DNA from: Lama guanicoe
Taxonomy: Eukaryota
Length of the DNA: 53,770 bases
Assembly: GCA_013239625.1 (NCBI GenBank)
Contig: MU053629.1
Coordinates: forward strand, 778,676-832,445
Direction of reading: 5' to 3'
The notes below the pieces were generated by a model that saw only the letters and a program-made list of their open reading frames with translations, searched no databases and had not been told where the DNA came from. Position numbers and translations under genes: made by a program. How positions within the stretch are numbered: the stretch's first letter is position 1; each line of letters starts with the position of its first letter. This document shows positions 10,879 to 23,100 of this stretch, in pieces.

Positions 10879-11289
10879 GTCTTGGGGCCCCAGGTCCTGG
10901 ATGCTTGCCTAGAGCTCAACGTTTGACTGAAAGGCCTTAGGAGGAGCGCGCTGGGAATCTCTCTGGAATCTCACGACCCTTTCTCACCTACCCTTATTAG
11001 ACCAGAGAGGCAGAACTGCAGGGTTGGGGCCACTGGACAGCAGGCTGGGCCTGGGGGTTGGGAGGGGGTCTGTGTATTTGTCTCTGCGTGGGTGAGTGCA
11101 TGTCCTTGGCAGGTTGAGGGAGTCAGGAATGCACATGATTCTACTACTGGTTTCCTAAGAGAATGTGTTTCACAGCACGGGTGGCCCAACTTCTTAGACC
11201 AGAAGGGGGTTTGGCAGACCACCTGTAGCCCAGCCCACGTCAATGTGGCCTGTGTTTCGGGCAAGGAACAGGGTCTCCTGTTTGGCTGA

Positions 11290-11880
11290 GAGCGGTGGGG
11301 AAAGAAAGAGCAGGGCGCAGGTTGTGTAGCCGGCCAGCACCCTCGGTAAGGGGATGGGGAAGCCGAGGCACGGCGGGGAATCCAGCGTTGACTCCAAAGC
11401 TCTCAAAAACAACCGGTCATTTCCAGCGGAAGGGCGGGGCCTCTCGATTCCCGGCCCCGCCCCTGCACGGTGTTGGCCCCGCCCCACATGGTGTGTGCAC
11501 GCGCCGACGCCAGGTCCCCGCCCCAGACCTTTCTCTTTTCCGGTCCCGCTTGGGCAAGATGCTGCCTCCAACGCTGAGGAATGCGGGGAGGGGCACTTTA
11601 TTTTCGAGCTCTGCTTTGGTAAGGCACTCCGCTGGGCACGTCTCACTCGAGATCTCATTGAATGTGCTTGCTAACTGTAACCTGGGTTGTGTTATCCATG
11701 TTTTACGTGAGGAAACTGAGGCCCAGAGAGGGGAAGTGAGTTGCTCAAGAGAGCAGGCCAATGAGTGTTAGAGCTGAGGCAGAGCCCGCGTGTGCCGGAG
11801 GCAGGCTTGCCCGCCAGGCCTCTTCCTCCGCATTGCCCGCTCTGCACTCGGAAGTGCACACATACACGCGCCTCTCAGGG
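11290..11880. promoter_or_regulatory. CpG-rich promoter-like island with four Sp/KLF GC boxes and ETS motifs
   Basis: GC boxes at 11432-11440, 11454-11463, 11476-11485 and 11516-11524. CGGAAG at ~11427, CGGAAGTG at ~11849. CpG density clearly above the flanks. Confidence 0.65.
11690..11790 (-). mobile_element. MIR fragment
   Basis: ttttacgtgaggaaactgaggcccagagaggggaagtgagttgctcaag. Confidence 0.75.
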
Positions 11881-12034
11881 GCTCCTTTATGGAAGACCAT
11901 AGCCCAGACAGTAGGGGCTTCCACTTTATGGTGGTCTCTGTTTATCAAACACACACACAAAACAAAACCGTGGGCCTAGTGAAAGCCATTCTTTTTCACT
12001 CCTCTCCTTTCTCTGGGGATGTAAGAGTCTCTCA

Positions 12035-12240
12035 TTAGCATGGTGTTAAGAGTATGAGTTTTCCAAACAGCCTGGAATTTCAGTCTCTATTTATTAGCTC
12101 TGTGACCCTGGATGAGTCACTCCGCCTCTGTAAACCTCAGTGCCCTCATCTGAAAAGTGAGATAATAGTCTTTGTCTGTTGTGTGATTACACGAGGCCAC
12201 GCCTATGGATGAAGAAGGTTGGATGCTCAATAATCAGTAG
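12035..12240 (+). mobile_element. MIR SINE
   Basis: tagcatggtgttaagag…tagctctgtgaccctggatgagtcactccgcctctgtaaacctcagtgccctcatctgaaaagtgagataata. Confidence 0.8.
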
Positions 12241-12954
12241 TTGGAAGCTGTAATTATGCACAATAATGGTGGTGGGAGTAACAAAAGCAACCAAAACATC
12301 TGGATGATCAGAAAAAACAAGGTGAACTTGGTCCATTGTAGCAACAGAGGATGTGACATCTGTGTTGTTGCTGAGAGCCCGGAGGGGTGCCAGAGCCGGG
12401 GGAAAGAGGAGGTGAGCAGCCTGCTGATTGGTCTGGGAGAGGGAGGAGACAGATGTCAGGGACCCTTAACTTTGAGGCAGAAAGTTCTGTGACTGATGTG
12501 GATGGATGTCTCTGACCTCCACCTGCTCTGTTCTCAGAGTTTTATTGGAGCACACGAAGTGTGGGGCATTGACAAAGATAGGACAAGCGGACCCAAAGTA
12601 GGGGTTGGAAGCCAATACAGGGAGGGAAAACAAAGGAAGGGGGGCAGCCTGGCACCGGGTGTCAGAGTGTGTCTGCTCTTTGTCTCCATCACCTGTCAGC
12701 CAGGAATTCTGCATGTCAGCAGTGCAGTGGAGTATGACCAGAGTGAAGACCCTGCTATAGGCCAGCCGTGGCTTCTGTCCACACCAGTGTGTCTCAAGGG
12801 GGAAGCAATTTTAATGGTTTCATTGTCTTGATTAACAGGAAAAGATTCATAAACATCATTTACAAAAGTATATTAAAGCAATGCAGAAAAAGTATGAAAG
12901 TTAAACAGTGAGGTGGATTTTTCAGGATATATATACTATATACAGACATACATA

Positions 12955-13060
12955 CTGAATTTTTATGATGGAAGTTTTCAAACATACACAAAAGTGGCAT
13001 GAATACCACGGTATAAACCCCACGTCCTCATGATCTGCCTTCAACAACTTGGTAATATGT
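12955..13060 (-). mobile_element. Old L1 3' fragment
   Basis: ttttatgatggaagttttcaaacatacacaaaagt…cttcaacaa. Confidence 0.55.
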
Positions 13061-13361
13061 CCATGAGAGTTCGAATGAAAGCATTGTGGCTTTTAACATT
13101 TTTCCAATATGCTAATGAGCTCTGGTGACTCCATAATGCAAATGGGTTAAATCTCCTGTTTTCCAAGCACCCGAAATTACCCGAATTATTACCCCATCTC
13201 ATTCCCCAACTGCCTGGAGTGCCCATCTGAATGAAATCAGAAAGAGACCAGTTCATTCACTTGCCCCGAATCGTACAGGAAACTTGACTAGTCCCTGAGC
13301 CATAGGCAGTGCTCCATGAGAGTTGAGAACATAATCATTATGGCAGAAAAAGAGCGGACCT

Positions 13362-13582
13362 GTTTAATGAGCACTTTCTGTGTTCCCGCCGCTCTACCTG
13401 TATTATTAGCTCACTGAATCCTCGCACCAGGCCTATAACGTAGCGCATCTTCATCCCTGTTTTACAAATGAGGAAATTCAACACAGAAGTCAAGCCACTT
13501 GCCCAACTTCGCACATTTATTTAGAGGCACAGCAAGGCTTTTGACCCAAGCTTCCTGACTCCAGAGCCTGTCTTCTTAACCA
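13362..13582 (-). mobile_element. MIR SINE
   Basis: tttaatgagcactttctg…ctgttttacaaatgaggaaattcaacacagaagtcaagccacttgccca…cctgactccagagcctgt. Confidence 0.75.
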
Positions 13583-16500
13583 GACAAACCAAGGCTGACA
13601 GGGCACAGTGATTCCTGCTGGGAAAGATGCGGATGAACGGGAGACTCGCTCACTTGGAATCCTGCTATGGGCCCAGGCACTGGGCTAAATGTTGCCCTTT
13701 CCCGGTACCGTCCTAACGACCCCTGTGCCGTGGGGCCTGTGGGCCTCAGGTGGGCGAGGACACCAGCATTCTTTCTGAATGAGCAGCTGTCCTGGTTTCC
13801 TCAGTGCGAGGCTTTGGGTGGGAGTCTGTGTTTTGAAAAAAATCAATACCCGATGTGCAAAAAACATTCACAGAAAAAAAAAAGTCCAGGAAAATACCCA
13901 CCAAGTGTTAGCAAGTGCTGGTCCTCACCCGCAGTGGAATAGGGTCGGGGGGTTACAGGGATTTTTCTTTTCTTTGGGTTCGTCTTAATTTGCTAAGTAT
14001 TCTATGATGCATGTGAATTATTTGTGTTACAGAGAGTTCAGGAAGGCAAGAGGGAAAAAATCAGGGAAAAATGATACTCTCAAGTGGCCTTCAGCACCCT
14101 GGGGCTGGGATGGGGACAGGGTGACAGCTGGAGAAGTTAGGAGCGGCAGGCAGTAGGAGATGGGTGCCCCGGGGACCCTGGGCACCATCTCAGGTCAGCG
14201 CCTGCCTAGATTTAAAGGTCACAGTGCGTGGGGCTCCCACCTGGTCCTCACAGGACCTGGGGGCACTCAGAGGCCACAGCAAGTCAGCTTGTGTAAAAAT
14301 ACACTCTGCCACCCAGCTCTGGTTTCTGGAGGGGCCCTGGGCGACGGGAAGCAGCCACATTCTGACACCTCGGGGCCCAGGCTCATTTGGCAGAGCATCC
14401 AGGGCCTGGGCTGTTTGTTCTCAAAGGCTGCTGTGCCTTTGGGATTAAAAATAACCCTCCCTTTGGCTTGGCTGCCGCTCCCTGCCCTGGGGGCAGAGAT
14501 GGCTGTTTTCTTCCTGGGCGACACTTTTACCCACCATGTTCCCCTGCCCAGCTAGGCACCCTCCATCATGAGCCCTGATGAAAAAGGGAGGAAAGCAAGG
14601 ACTTTGCAGTGTCCACGAGTCAGAAAAGCTACAAAGCCTCACTGGGATGGCCATGCTGATGCCATTAAAATAGCAACAAAGTGCTCTTGAGAGAAAGCGA
14701 CTGGCCTTTTGTGAACGATGTATTTATCAGCTCTTAAGCACCATCCAAGTGTGAGTTCTGCTGCAGCATGAGGTAGGATCTGAGGGCACCACAAGGCCCA
14801 ACTTGTTCCCAAATATCTATACCAGTTAAAAATTTCCACCATCAGCATTATTCCTTTCAGACAAAAAAGTTGTGCTCCCAAACAAAGTGTGTGTGTTAAA
14901 ATGCCTGTGGGGGTTGGTGCCGATGATTAAAAGTAAGATTTTCTTAGGTTGGTAACGATCGTTTCAACTTAGAAATCTTACAGGTACAGGGGCTCGCTTC
15001 CGTTCTGATCCTCAGGCTGGGGTCTCAGGGTCTGCAGGTGGTATAATCAGTCCCCTTTCCAGAAGAGAAGAGCGTGGGAAAGATGAAGGCAGGTGAGGAG
15101 ATGCAACTGGGATTAGAACCCATTGCTCCTGCGGTGTCTACAGTCAAGGAGCCCATTATCTGCTTAGCTCCGCCGGACCCTGAGGAGAGTGACTGTGTGG
15201 GGAGAACCCAGCTCTGGAGATCCACAGGAGGGGCGGGGAAAGAGGGGCTGAGAGGCAGAGCCACCCCGCACACTTTCATAGTTTGACCTGTGGCTGTCCC
15301 GTTTGACAGACTTTAGAAGAAAGGGCCAAATACATCCTATAAATGGGATGACAAAAGGGATTCACCTGGAGTTCCAGCTGCATTTGTTTGCTGCTGTCTG
15401 GAGCGCGGTGTTGAGAAACACAGCAGGATAGATGATTGATGTCTGCCGTTGGTGCCAGAGCAGAGCACAATGAGATGTGTGTTTCCAGTGTTTGCTGTCC
15501 CTGCCCCATACCTCGCCCCCTGAAAACCCGACAATGAGGATAATGATGGGAGGGGAGGGGTCCTGCAGGGTGGGGGCCGGGGGAGGTACAGACCACAGCA
15601 CCAGACACTTCTTGCCTTGGTATCCAGACAGCTGCTGACAGCCTGATGCTGCTCGCAGATGCTGCAGAACCTGATACAGCCAACTCCGACTCTCCCACCT
15701 GGAAAACGGAGTCCCAGCGCTCATCGGATACCCACTTAGAGGCCTGGGGGTAACTGGGAAACGCTGTAGAAGAAGCGAGACATCACACTGATCCAAGAAA
15801 GCAGTCTGGGGTGGCAGCCATGCCCCTCTTGGGGCACTGATGTCTCCCTGAGAGTCATGTGGAGAAGGAACGGGATATACAGGATGGGGAAAGGGTGCTC
15901 CAAACGTTTAAGCCCGAGGAGCCCTTTGGGACCAGCGGGAAGGCTCTGTGTGTCTTGGGTGGTGGCTCTCATGGCTGAACAAGGAGAAAGAATTCCTCTT
16001 AGATGGACAGGTCAGCTCCCAGAGCCCCCAGAACTTGGGGTTCTCATGGGGAAACGGGGGGGGGGCTGAGCAGTAGGGAGATTGGGCTAGCGGTCGCCTC
16101 CCCTAAATACTAATGACTGTCTTGCTGTGAATCCCTGACCTGCCTGATTTCCTGCCCTCCTTCCCCAGCACGGCCTCGTGGGACTCGGTAAGACTTCTTT
16201 GCCTCTCTTCTCAGACACCCTACTCAGGCTTATTCCAAACTTGGCCTTTCTCAAGCCTCCAAACTCCCGTCCTCATGCCCTTAACTTGATGATCTTAGCT
16301 CCTTTTTTATTCTAAAGACAAAGCTAGAACCTCATTTTTTATCATAAAGGCAAACTTTCCTCTTTGCCTCTAGATGCGTCTCTCCTGTCACCTCCTCCAT
16401 CCTCCTGCTGCTGTGGAAGCTTGGCTCTTCTTTTCCAGAGAAAGTGCCCCACCTGTATCTTTCATCCCATCTGCCCGCTGTTCCTTGTCTGGGATTTTCC

Positions 16501-16899
16501 AGCTCTTTCTCTCCACAGACACTGTCCCACTTTGGAGAGCTCCCCTGACCGGCTGAGACATGACCTTGCACCTGGGGCCTTTGGAGCCACCTGCCAACCC
16601 CTCCCGTCCCTCCATTGCCAACTACAGCGTGTCTCTGGCTTGGTGGGTTGGCTGACTGATTGATTACTCTAGCAGCTGCCTCTGCCTCTCTGCCCCCACC
16701 ACATTTACTCTGCTTTTGGGCCCCAGCACAAAGGGTTTCTCATCACCAAGCCCTGGGCTCCAGCCAGCGCTGGCCTCTCTTCCTTCCAGCCCACAGACTG
16801 CTCACCTGCCCTTTCCCTGTGGTTCCCACGCCCCGCATGACCTCAGGTGCCCAGGTGTTCCCTGAATTCTGAGCATGACTCACCTCAGAATCAACAGCT

Positions 16900-17050
16900 C
16901 CACACTAGGGACCTCAACCTGTCACAAAGCCTCTGTTTCCTGTGTCAGGTGGTCGCAATGATACCTGCCTGAGGGTTAATGTAAAAACAAAATAGAATAA
17001 TAAATGCAAAGTGCTTAGCATAGTGCTGGGTGACATTAAGTGCTCAGTGG
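16900..17050 (+). mobile_element. MIR fragment
   Basis: gcctctgtttcc…aatgcaaagtgcttagcatagtgctgggt…taagtgctcag. Confidence 0.65.
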
Positions 17051-17214
17051 ATAAATTAAGTGCTCAGATAAGATAATATTGATTATCTTAAAGAGCTGAG
17101 TCATCCTTCTGTATGTCTGATTATGGGCAGCCCGGTACCTCATTATTTAGCCAGTTCACTGTCGGACATCCCTGCATTTTTTTTTTTTAGCAAGTTTTCC
17201 CTTATTTCTTTTAA

Positions 17215-17460
17215 ACAAATACTGACATAGCACCAAGTATGTGCAAGGCACTCTCTTAAGCACTTTACAAATTTTAAGTATTTTAACCCTCATGGCGACA
17301 CTGTGAGGCTTCCCTGTCTTCACAGAAGAGGAAATCTAGGCACGGAGGGATTACGTAACTAATCTATGAGAGCACAGAGTTGGTAAGTGGCAGAGCCGGA
17401 AATCGAACCCAGGCCACTCTGACTCCAGAATACATGTGCTTCGCACTGTTCTCAGCTGCC
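17215..17460 (-). mobile_element. MIR SINE
   Basis: cacagaagaggaaatctaggcacggagggattacgtaact…gtaagtggcagagccggaaatcgaacccagg…ctctgactccaga. Confidence 0.8.
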
Positions 17461-17579
17461 TGGTAGGTTGAGCTCAATTAAAAACACATAAGTTCACTTC
17501 TGCTCATGCGAGTGCTCCGAAGTAACACAGAACAGTCCCCACACTAATTTCATTAAGTTCCAGACACTATGTCTTATTT

Positions 17580-17690
17580 GTTTCTTCATTCATTCCTTTA
17601 AAAAGCACTTAAGGAATATTTAGTATGTGCTGGCAATGTGACGTGCTGACGGCCACTGGTGAACAAGACAGGCACAGTCCTGGCTCTTGC
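17580..17690 (-). mobile_element. L2 3' end
   Basis: ttcattcattcc…tatgtgctggca…gtgaacaagacaggcacagtcctggctct. Confidence 0.6.
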
Positions 17691-18349
17691 ATTGCTGGTG
17701 GTGCCTGGCACACAGTAGGAACTCCGGGTACTAGAGTGAGCTCGGTCTCTTAGGAAAAGTCCCCTTTTCCTGGGTGGCCACAGCCATCCCTTCCCCAAGA
17801 GGGGTTCTGGCTGGAACACAAAGTTCCACTAGAGGGCGCTGTTCAGTAGCGCTGTCTCGAGGACTCTTCTGTGCAAAAGGGGAAATTTGAAGGGCAGTGT
17901 TGGGGGGTGTTCAGGGAATCTTGAGGGTTTTAGAGCTGAAGGGATCACTCGTGCTTTACTGGAGAGGGCCTTCAGCAGGACCATGACCAAGTCCCCTGAG
18001 TCCAGCACACAGGTGGCTGCAGCCAATTGCTGGGCCCTGGAGGAATTCCTGGGGGTGTATTGGAGGCTCCCTTTGGGTTCCTAACCAGCCAGCCCGGTGT
18101 TGGCCCCTCCCTTCCCCTGCCTCTCTTGAGGGTACTCCCTGCGCCTTCCCCAAGTCTCACATCCCGGCCTGAGACAATGATCTGGTGGAAGAAACACCTG
18201 GCTTCAGGCTTGGAGTCGTTTTGGGGTAACCAGGCAAGAGGAACCAGTGTCAGTTGGCCTCCCTTGACTAAACACAGGCGAGGAGAGGATCCAGTGAGGC
18301 AGGAAGCTTGACCCCTGGCCCCAGGTGCTTATCTTGTCATGAAGACACT

Positions 18350-18680
18350 GCATTCCTCTACATCAGTTTCAAACTGGACCTGATCCCTGGGCATGGCTGC
18401 AGGGCTCTCCAGGGTCTGACCTGGAACCTTCCAGACCTCATCTACTCCCACTCTCTCCTTGACTGCTTCCTCGGTCACACTGGTCACCTCATAGTCACCT
18501 GGCCCTTCCTTCCTGTTCCCCCTGCTGGGAGGACTCATCTCCCAGACCTTGGGAGTCTGTTCCCTTTGCATCATCCTCCTGCTCAGATTTCACCCCCTAT
18601 AAGAGGTCCTCTCTGAACACCCTGTCTAAAATACCAGCTCCAGCCACTCTGTCCCCTTGTCCTGGTTGATGTTCTTCATT
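18350..18680 (+). mobile_element. L2 fragment
   Basis: ctcctgctcagatttcaccccctataagaggtcctctctgaacaccctgtctaaaata. Confidence 0.55.
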
Positions 18681-19178
18681 GTGTCAAAGGACACTTCTCA
18701 AAAGTTAAAAACATGGCTCTCTCACAAAAACAGTAAACGCATGTCAAAGATTTGTTAACTCATTAACAAAGGAACCAGTAAGATTTCTTAATGCTGGTTT
18801 GAAGGTCATTTGAGGAATTGAATGTTCATGGACATTAAAATGAAAAAACACTCTTAAGATTTCTTTTTTTCCTTCCAGCTTTATTGAGATGTAATTGATG
18901 TGCAGTTTATGGTGTGCAGCATAATGACTGGATTTATATACATCATGAAGTGATGACCACAATAAGTTTAGTGAACATCCATCAACTCCTGTAGATACAA
19001 AATTAAAGGAATAGAAAAAAAATAGATGTTTTCCTTGTGAGAAGAACTCTTGGGATTTACTCTCAACAACTTTTATATAATATAACTTGTATATAATGTG
19101 CAGCAGTGTCAACTATATTTATCCCATTGTGCATTACACCCCTAGTAAATATTCATCTTATAACTGGAAGTTTGTACC

Positions 19179-19596
19179 TATCAACTAAGAAAAAGGCACC
19201 ACCTAAAGCTGAGCATATGTTTTATTCAGGGACATTAGTGAGGACTATAGCCTGGGAATCAGCCTCTCAGACGGCTCTGAGGAACTGTTCCAAAGAGGTA
19301 AGGGAGGAGCCAGGGTATATAGAAGTTCTTGCTGGAAAAAGAAAGGTAGTTGAACATCAAAAAGATTACTGCTAATCACAAAAAGCAGACATCTCAAGTT
19401 AATGACCTTACTGCTTTCTATGTATGGGAAGATGCAGGAGTCTGGGCTTACTGAAATTATTCCTTTGATACACATTTCAACTGTCTGGGGCCAGTATCCT
19501 GTTTTCTCCCCTTGGGGCTGTCTGCAGTGGCTAATGGTTTGATGGTGGGCAACTTTGTTGTTTACTGAACTGGTAGGCAACGCGTTTTTGCCTACA
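19179..19596 (-). mobile_element. MER41-like ERV1 solo LTR inserted in L1
   Basis: ttttattc…gaggactatagcctgggaatcagcctctcagacggctctgaggaactgttccaaagagg…gggaagatgcaggagtctgggct resembles artiodactyl MER41-like LTRs. 4-bp TSD tacc (19175-19178)/tgcc (19597-19600). Confidence 0.75.
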
Positions 19597-20150
19597 TGCC
19601 TTTTAATCCCCTTCATCCAATACCCCCTCCTCCACCTCTGGTAACGGCAAATATGATCTCTTTTTCTGTGAGTTTTGTGTTTGCTTTTGAAGTATAATTG
19701 ACCTACGACACTACATGAGTTTCTTTTATGCATCATAGTGATTCTGTATTTCTACACATTTCAGAATGATCACCGTGATGATAAGTCTAGTTACTATCTG
19801 TCACCGTTAAAGATATTCCTTATTATTGACTATATTCCCCAGACTGTACATTTCATACCTGTGACTCATTTATTCTGCAACTGGAAGTCTGTACCTCTTA
19901 GTCTCCCTCACTTATTTTTCTCCTCCCTCCACCCCTTTCCCCTCTAGCAACCACCTGTTTGTTCTTGCATCTATAACTCTGTTTCTGTTTTGCTATGTTT
20001 GTTCATTTGTCTTATTTTTTAGACTACACATATAAGTGAAATCATACAGTATTTGTCTTTCTGTTTAACTCATTTCACTTAGTATAATATTCTCTAGGTC
20101 CATCCGCATTGTTGCAAATGGCAAGATTTTATTTTCTTATGGCTGAGTCA

Positions 20151-20164
20151 TAGTCCATTGTGTA

Positions 20165-20195
<31 letters not shown>

Positions 20196-20553
20196 TTATT
20201 TATATGTATATATATATACCAGTTTTCTTTACCCATTCATCTATTGGGCATTAAGGTTGTTTCTATACCTTGGATATTGTAAATAATCATGCAATGAACA
20301 TAGGGGTGCATATAGCTTTTCTAATTAGTGTTTCCATTTTCTTTGGATAATAGTCCATTGTGTATGTGTGTATATATATATATACATATATATATTTATT
20401 TATATGTATATATATATACCAGTTTTCTTTACCCATTCATCTATTGATGGGCATTAAGGTTGTTTCTATACATTGGATATTGTAAATAATCATGCAATGA
20501 ATATAGGGGTGCATATAGCTTTTCTAATTAGTGTTTCCATTTTCTTTGGATAA
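20151..20553. repeat. Tandem duplication of ~200 bp including a (TG)/(TA) microsatellite
   Basis: 20151-20350 repeated at 20351-20553 with few differences. Confidence 0.95.
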
Positions 20554-21689
20554 ATACCCAGGAATGGAATTGCTGGATTTTATGGTAGTTCTAGTTTTAA
20601 TTTTTTTGAGGAATCTCCATACTGTTTTCCATAATGGCTGTACCAACTTACATTCCTACCAGCAGTGCACAAGGGCTCCCTTTTCTCCACATCCCTGCCA
20701 GCACTTGTTATTTCTTGTCTTTTTGATGACAGCCATTCTGACGGGTGTGAGGTGATACCTTACTGTAGTTTTGACTTGCATTTCCCTAAGGTCTTCTGAT
20801 GCTGAACATCTTTTCTTGTGCCTGTGGGCCATCTATATGTCTTCTTCGGAAAAATTTCTATTCAAATCCTCTACCCATTTTTTAATTGGGTTTTTTTTTG
20901 ATGTTGTATTCTATGAGTTCTTTATATATTTTGGAAATTAACCCCTTATCTAATACATTGTTTGCAAATTTCTTCTCTTATTCAGTAGTCAGATTCTTCA
21001 TTTTGTTGATAGCTGCCTTCACTATGCAAAAGCTTTTAGTTTGATGCTGTCTTGTTTATTTTTGCTTTTGTCTCTCTTGCCAAAGGAGACATAGCCAAAA
21101 AAAAATTGCTAAGACTGATGTCAAAGAGTATACTGACTATGTTTTCTTCTAGATTTTTAATGGTTTCAGATCTTACAAGTCTTTAATCTATTTTGAATAT
21201 ACTTTTGTATATGGTGTGAGAAAGTAGTCCAGTTGGATTCTTTTTCATGATAGCTATCCAGTTTTCCGGATACCACTTGTTGAAGAAGCTGTCTTTTCTC
21301 CACTGTGTATTCTTGCCTCCTTTGTCATAGGTTAATTGCCCATGTAAATGTGGGTGCATTTCTGGGCTCTCTAATACTATAAAATTTCTATGTTAGGTAC
21401 AAACATGGTTACTGTCCTGCAGGATAATACAACCATAATCTTTGGGATAATCTCTTCTACTGGCTGGAAATCTACAAGTTAACATGTAACTTCCCAGTGT
21501 CTGCATTCTAATCAAATGGCAAATAGATAAGTCAAACACAGGTACATCCTCTGGTGCATTAAATCATCTTTGGGCAGTACTGTTCAACAAAGCCCATGCG
21601 TGGCTTTGAAAGGATGTACTGTACTCTGTTTTGCCTATTTCCACGTTCTGGATGAGTTTTCTCAACAATAGCAAACATCTCTATCTGAG

Positions 21690-21845
21690 ATTGTCTTGTG
21701 TGTTTATTCGCTTATTGCCAATCTCAACCAACTAGGGTAAAAGGTCCACGAGGCCGACTCTGTCAATCCCGATGACCACTGTGTCCTCAGATTCGACTTC
21801 AGTTTCAGGTGCAAAGTCAGGGTTCAATAAACATTTGTTGGATAA
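21690..21845 (+). mobile_element. L2 3' end
   Basis: ccaactagggtaaaaggtccacgagg…ggttcaataaacatttgttggata. Confidence 0.55.
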
Positions 21846-21884
21846 GGAAGATAAGATACTATATCATAAGATAAAGTTATGATC

Positions 21885-22103
21885 GGAAACAGAAAGTAGA
21901 ATAGAGGTTACGGGGAGCTGGGGAGAGGTGGGAGTGGGAAGTAATTGTTCAACGAAACAGTTCCAATTCAAGATGATGAGAAGGTTCTGGAGATGGATAG
22001 TGGCATTGGTTGCACAGCAGTGTGAATGTCTTTAATGCACTGAGCTGTACACGTAAAAATGGTTAAAATGGTAAATTTTATGTCTTGCATACTTTGCCAC
22101 AAA
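21885..22103 (+). mobile_element. L1MB-type 3' UTR fragment
   Basis: acagaaagtagaatagaggttac…aaggttctggagatggatagtgg…aaaaatggttaaaatggtaaattttatg. Confidence 0.8.
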
Positions 22104-22124
22104 GAAGTTGTATGACTGTCACAG

Positions 22125-22335
22125 CAGCCTGTTGTCCAGGACTTGTTCTGTGCCAGGGCTTGTCCTAAACACTCTGTGTATCTTAAACAGTGTACTTTTT
22201 ACAGCAATGTTATGCGGTAGGCATTTTCACTGTTCTCAGATTGTAAGTTAAGGAATGAAGTAGAGAGAAGTAAGTTGCCCAAAGTCACATATCTAGTGAA
22301 TGATACATCTGGGATCTGGGGCCAGGTGGACTGCG
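22125..22335 (-). mobile_element. MIR SINE
   Basis: agtaagttgcccaaagtcacatatctagtgaatga…ctgggat. Confidence 0.6.
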
Positions 22336-22589
22336 TTCCTACCCATGGGTGCATTTATGATCCGGTTGTTCATACTGTGTGAGTTTCCAAGAGGTAATAA
22401 CCATCTTCCCTGGAGAAATCAAGGAAGGTTTCCTGGAAGAGTTGGAATATTAACCAGACACCTTGTCCCTCTGCTGTAGTTGCTCCGCTTGACACATTCC
22501 TGGCTCCCACTCGCTGATGCAAGTGCCCACCCCCATCCCAGAGCCTACCGAAGAAACGTGTGCCGTGGCTGAGGTCAGGAGGGGCCAGG

Positions 22590-23100
22590 ATGCAGGCACA
22601 CCTGCACCTCCTCCCCTCACCCCTAAGGGTAATGAGTGAACCTTACTGACTGGGAATGGCCAGCAACTATAAGGAAAGGGGATTTTGCTGGCTGCACCTG
22701 TGCCCCAAACATACCCATCACTTCCTGCTTCTCCATAGCTGCTTAATGAGAGTGCCCCGAGGGCTTCTGGGCCAAAAGGGGCAGGGTCAGCAGGCAGCGC
22801 TCAACTACTTCATCAGAGGACAATGGCCCGCACCTGGTCCACCGCTGTACACGCTTGCAGGGCCTGAGCGAGAAATGCGGACGTGCGCTCCTGAGGCTGG
22901 CTTTTTCTTCTCTTGCTTTCTGACCCCAGACAGAGGCGATGTTGCTGCCGGTGGTTCCAAATTGCAGCTCTCAAAATACTTCTGCCACTGCAGCAGCTGA
23001 TCGATGCGGACCTGCCCCTGGAGCATTCATCAGACAGGTCCGGCCCATGGAGAATGCAGGATATGCTGGGCTCCACGCACACATTTTAGGACAAAGAAAA
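22590..23100. promoter_or_regulatory. CpG-enriched enhancer-like block (E-box, ETS, SOX motifs)
   Basis: CACCTG at 22599, 22695 and 22831; CAGCTG at 22994; CACTTCCTG at 22719; ACAATGG at 22820. Confidence 0.35.

Larger units (their letters stand above)
18860..21372 (-). mobile_element. 5'-truncated cetartiodactyl L1 (3' UTR plus ORF2 C-terminus)
   Basis: T-rich tail at ~18862, then L1 3' UTR and antisense ORF2 (ttttctccacatccctgccagcacttg…gacagccattctgacgggtgtgaggtgatacct…). Interrupted by an LTR and carries a 200-bp tandem duplication. Confidence 0.9.
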
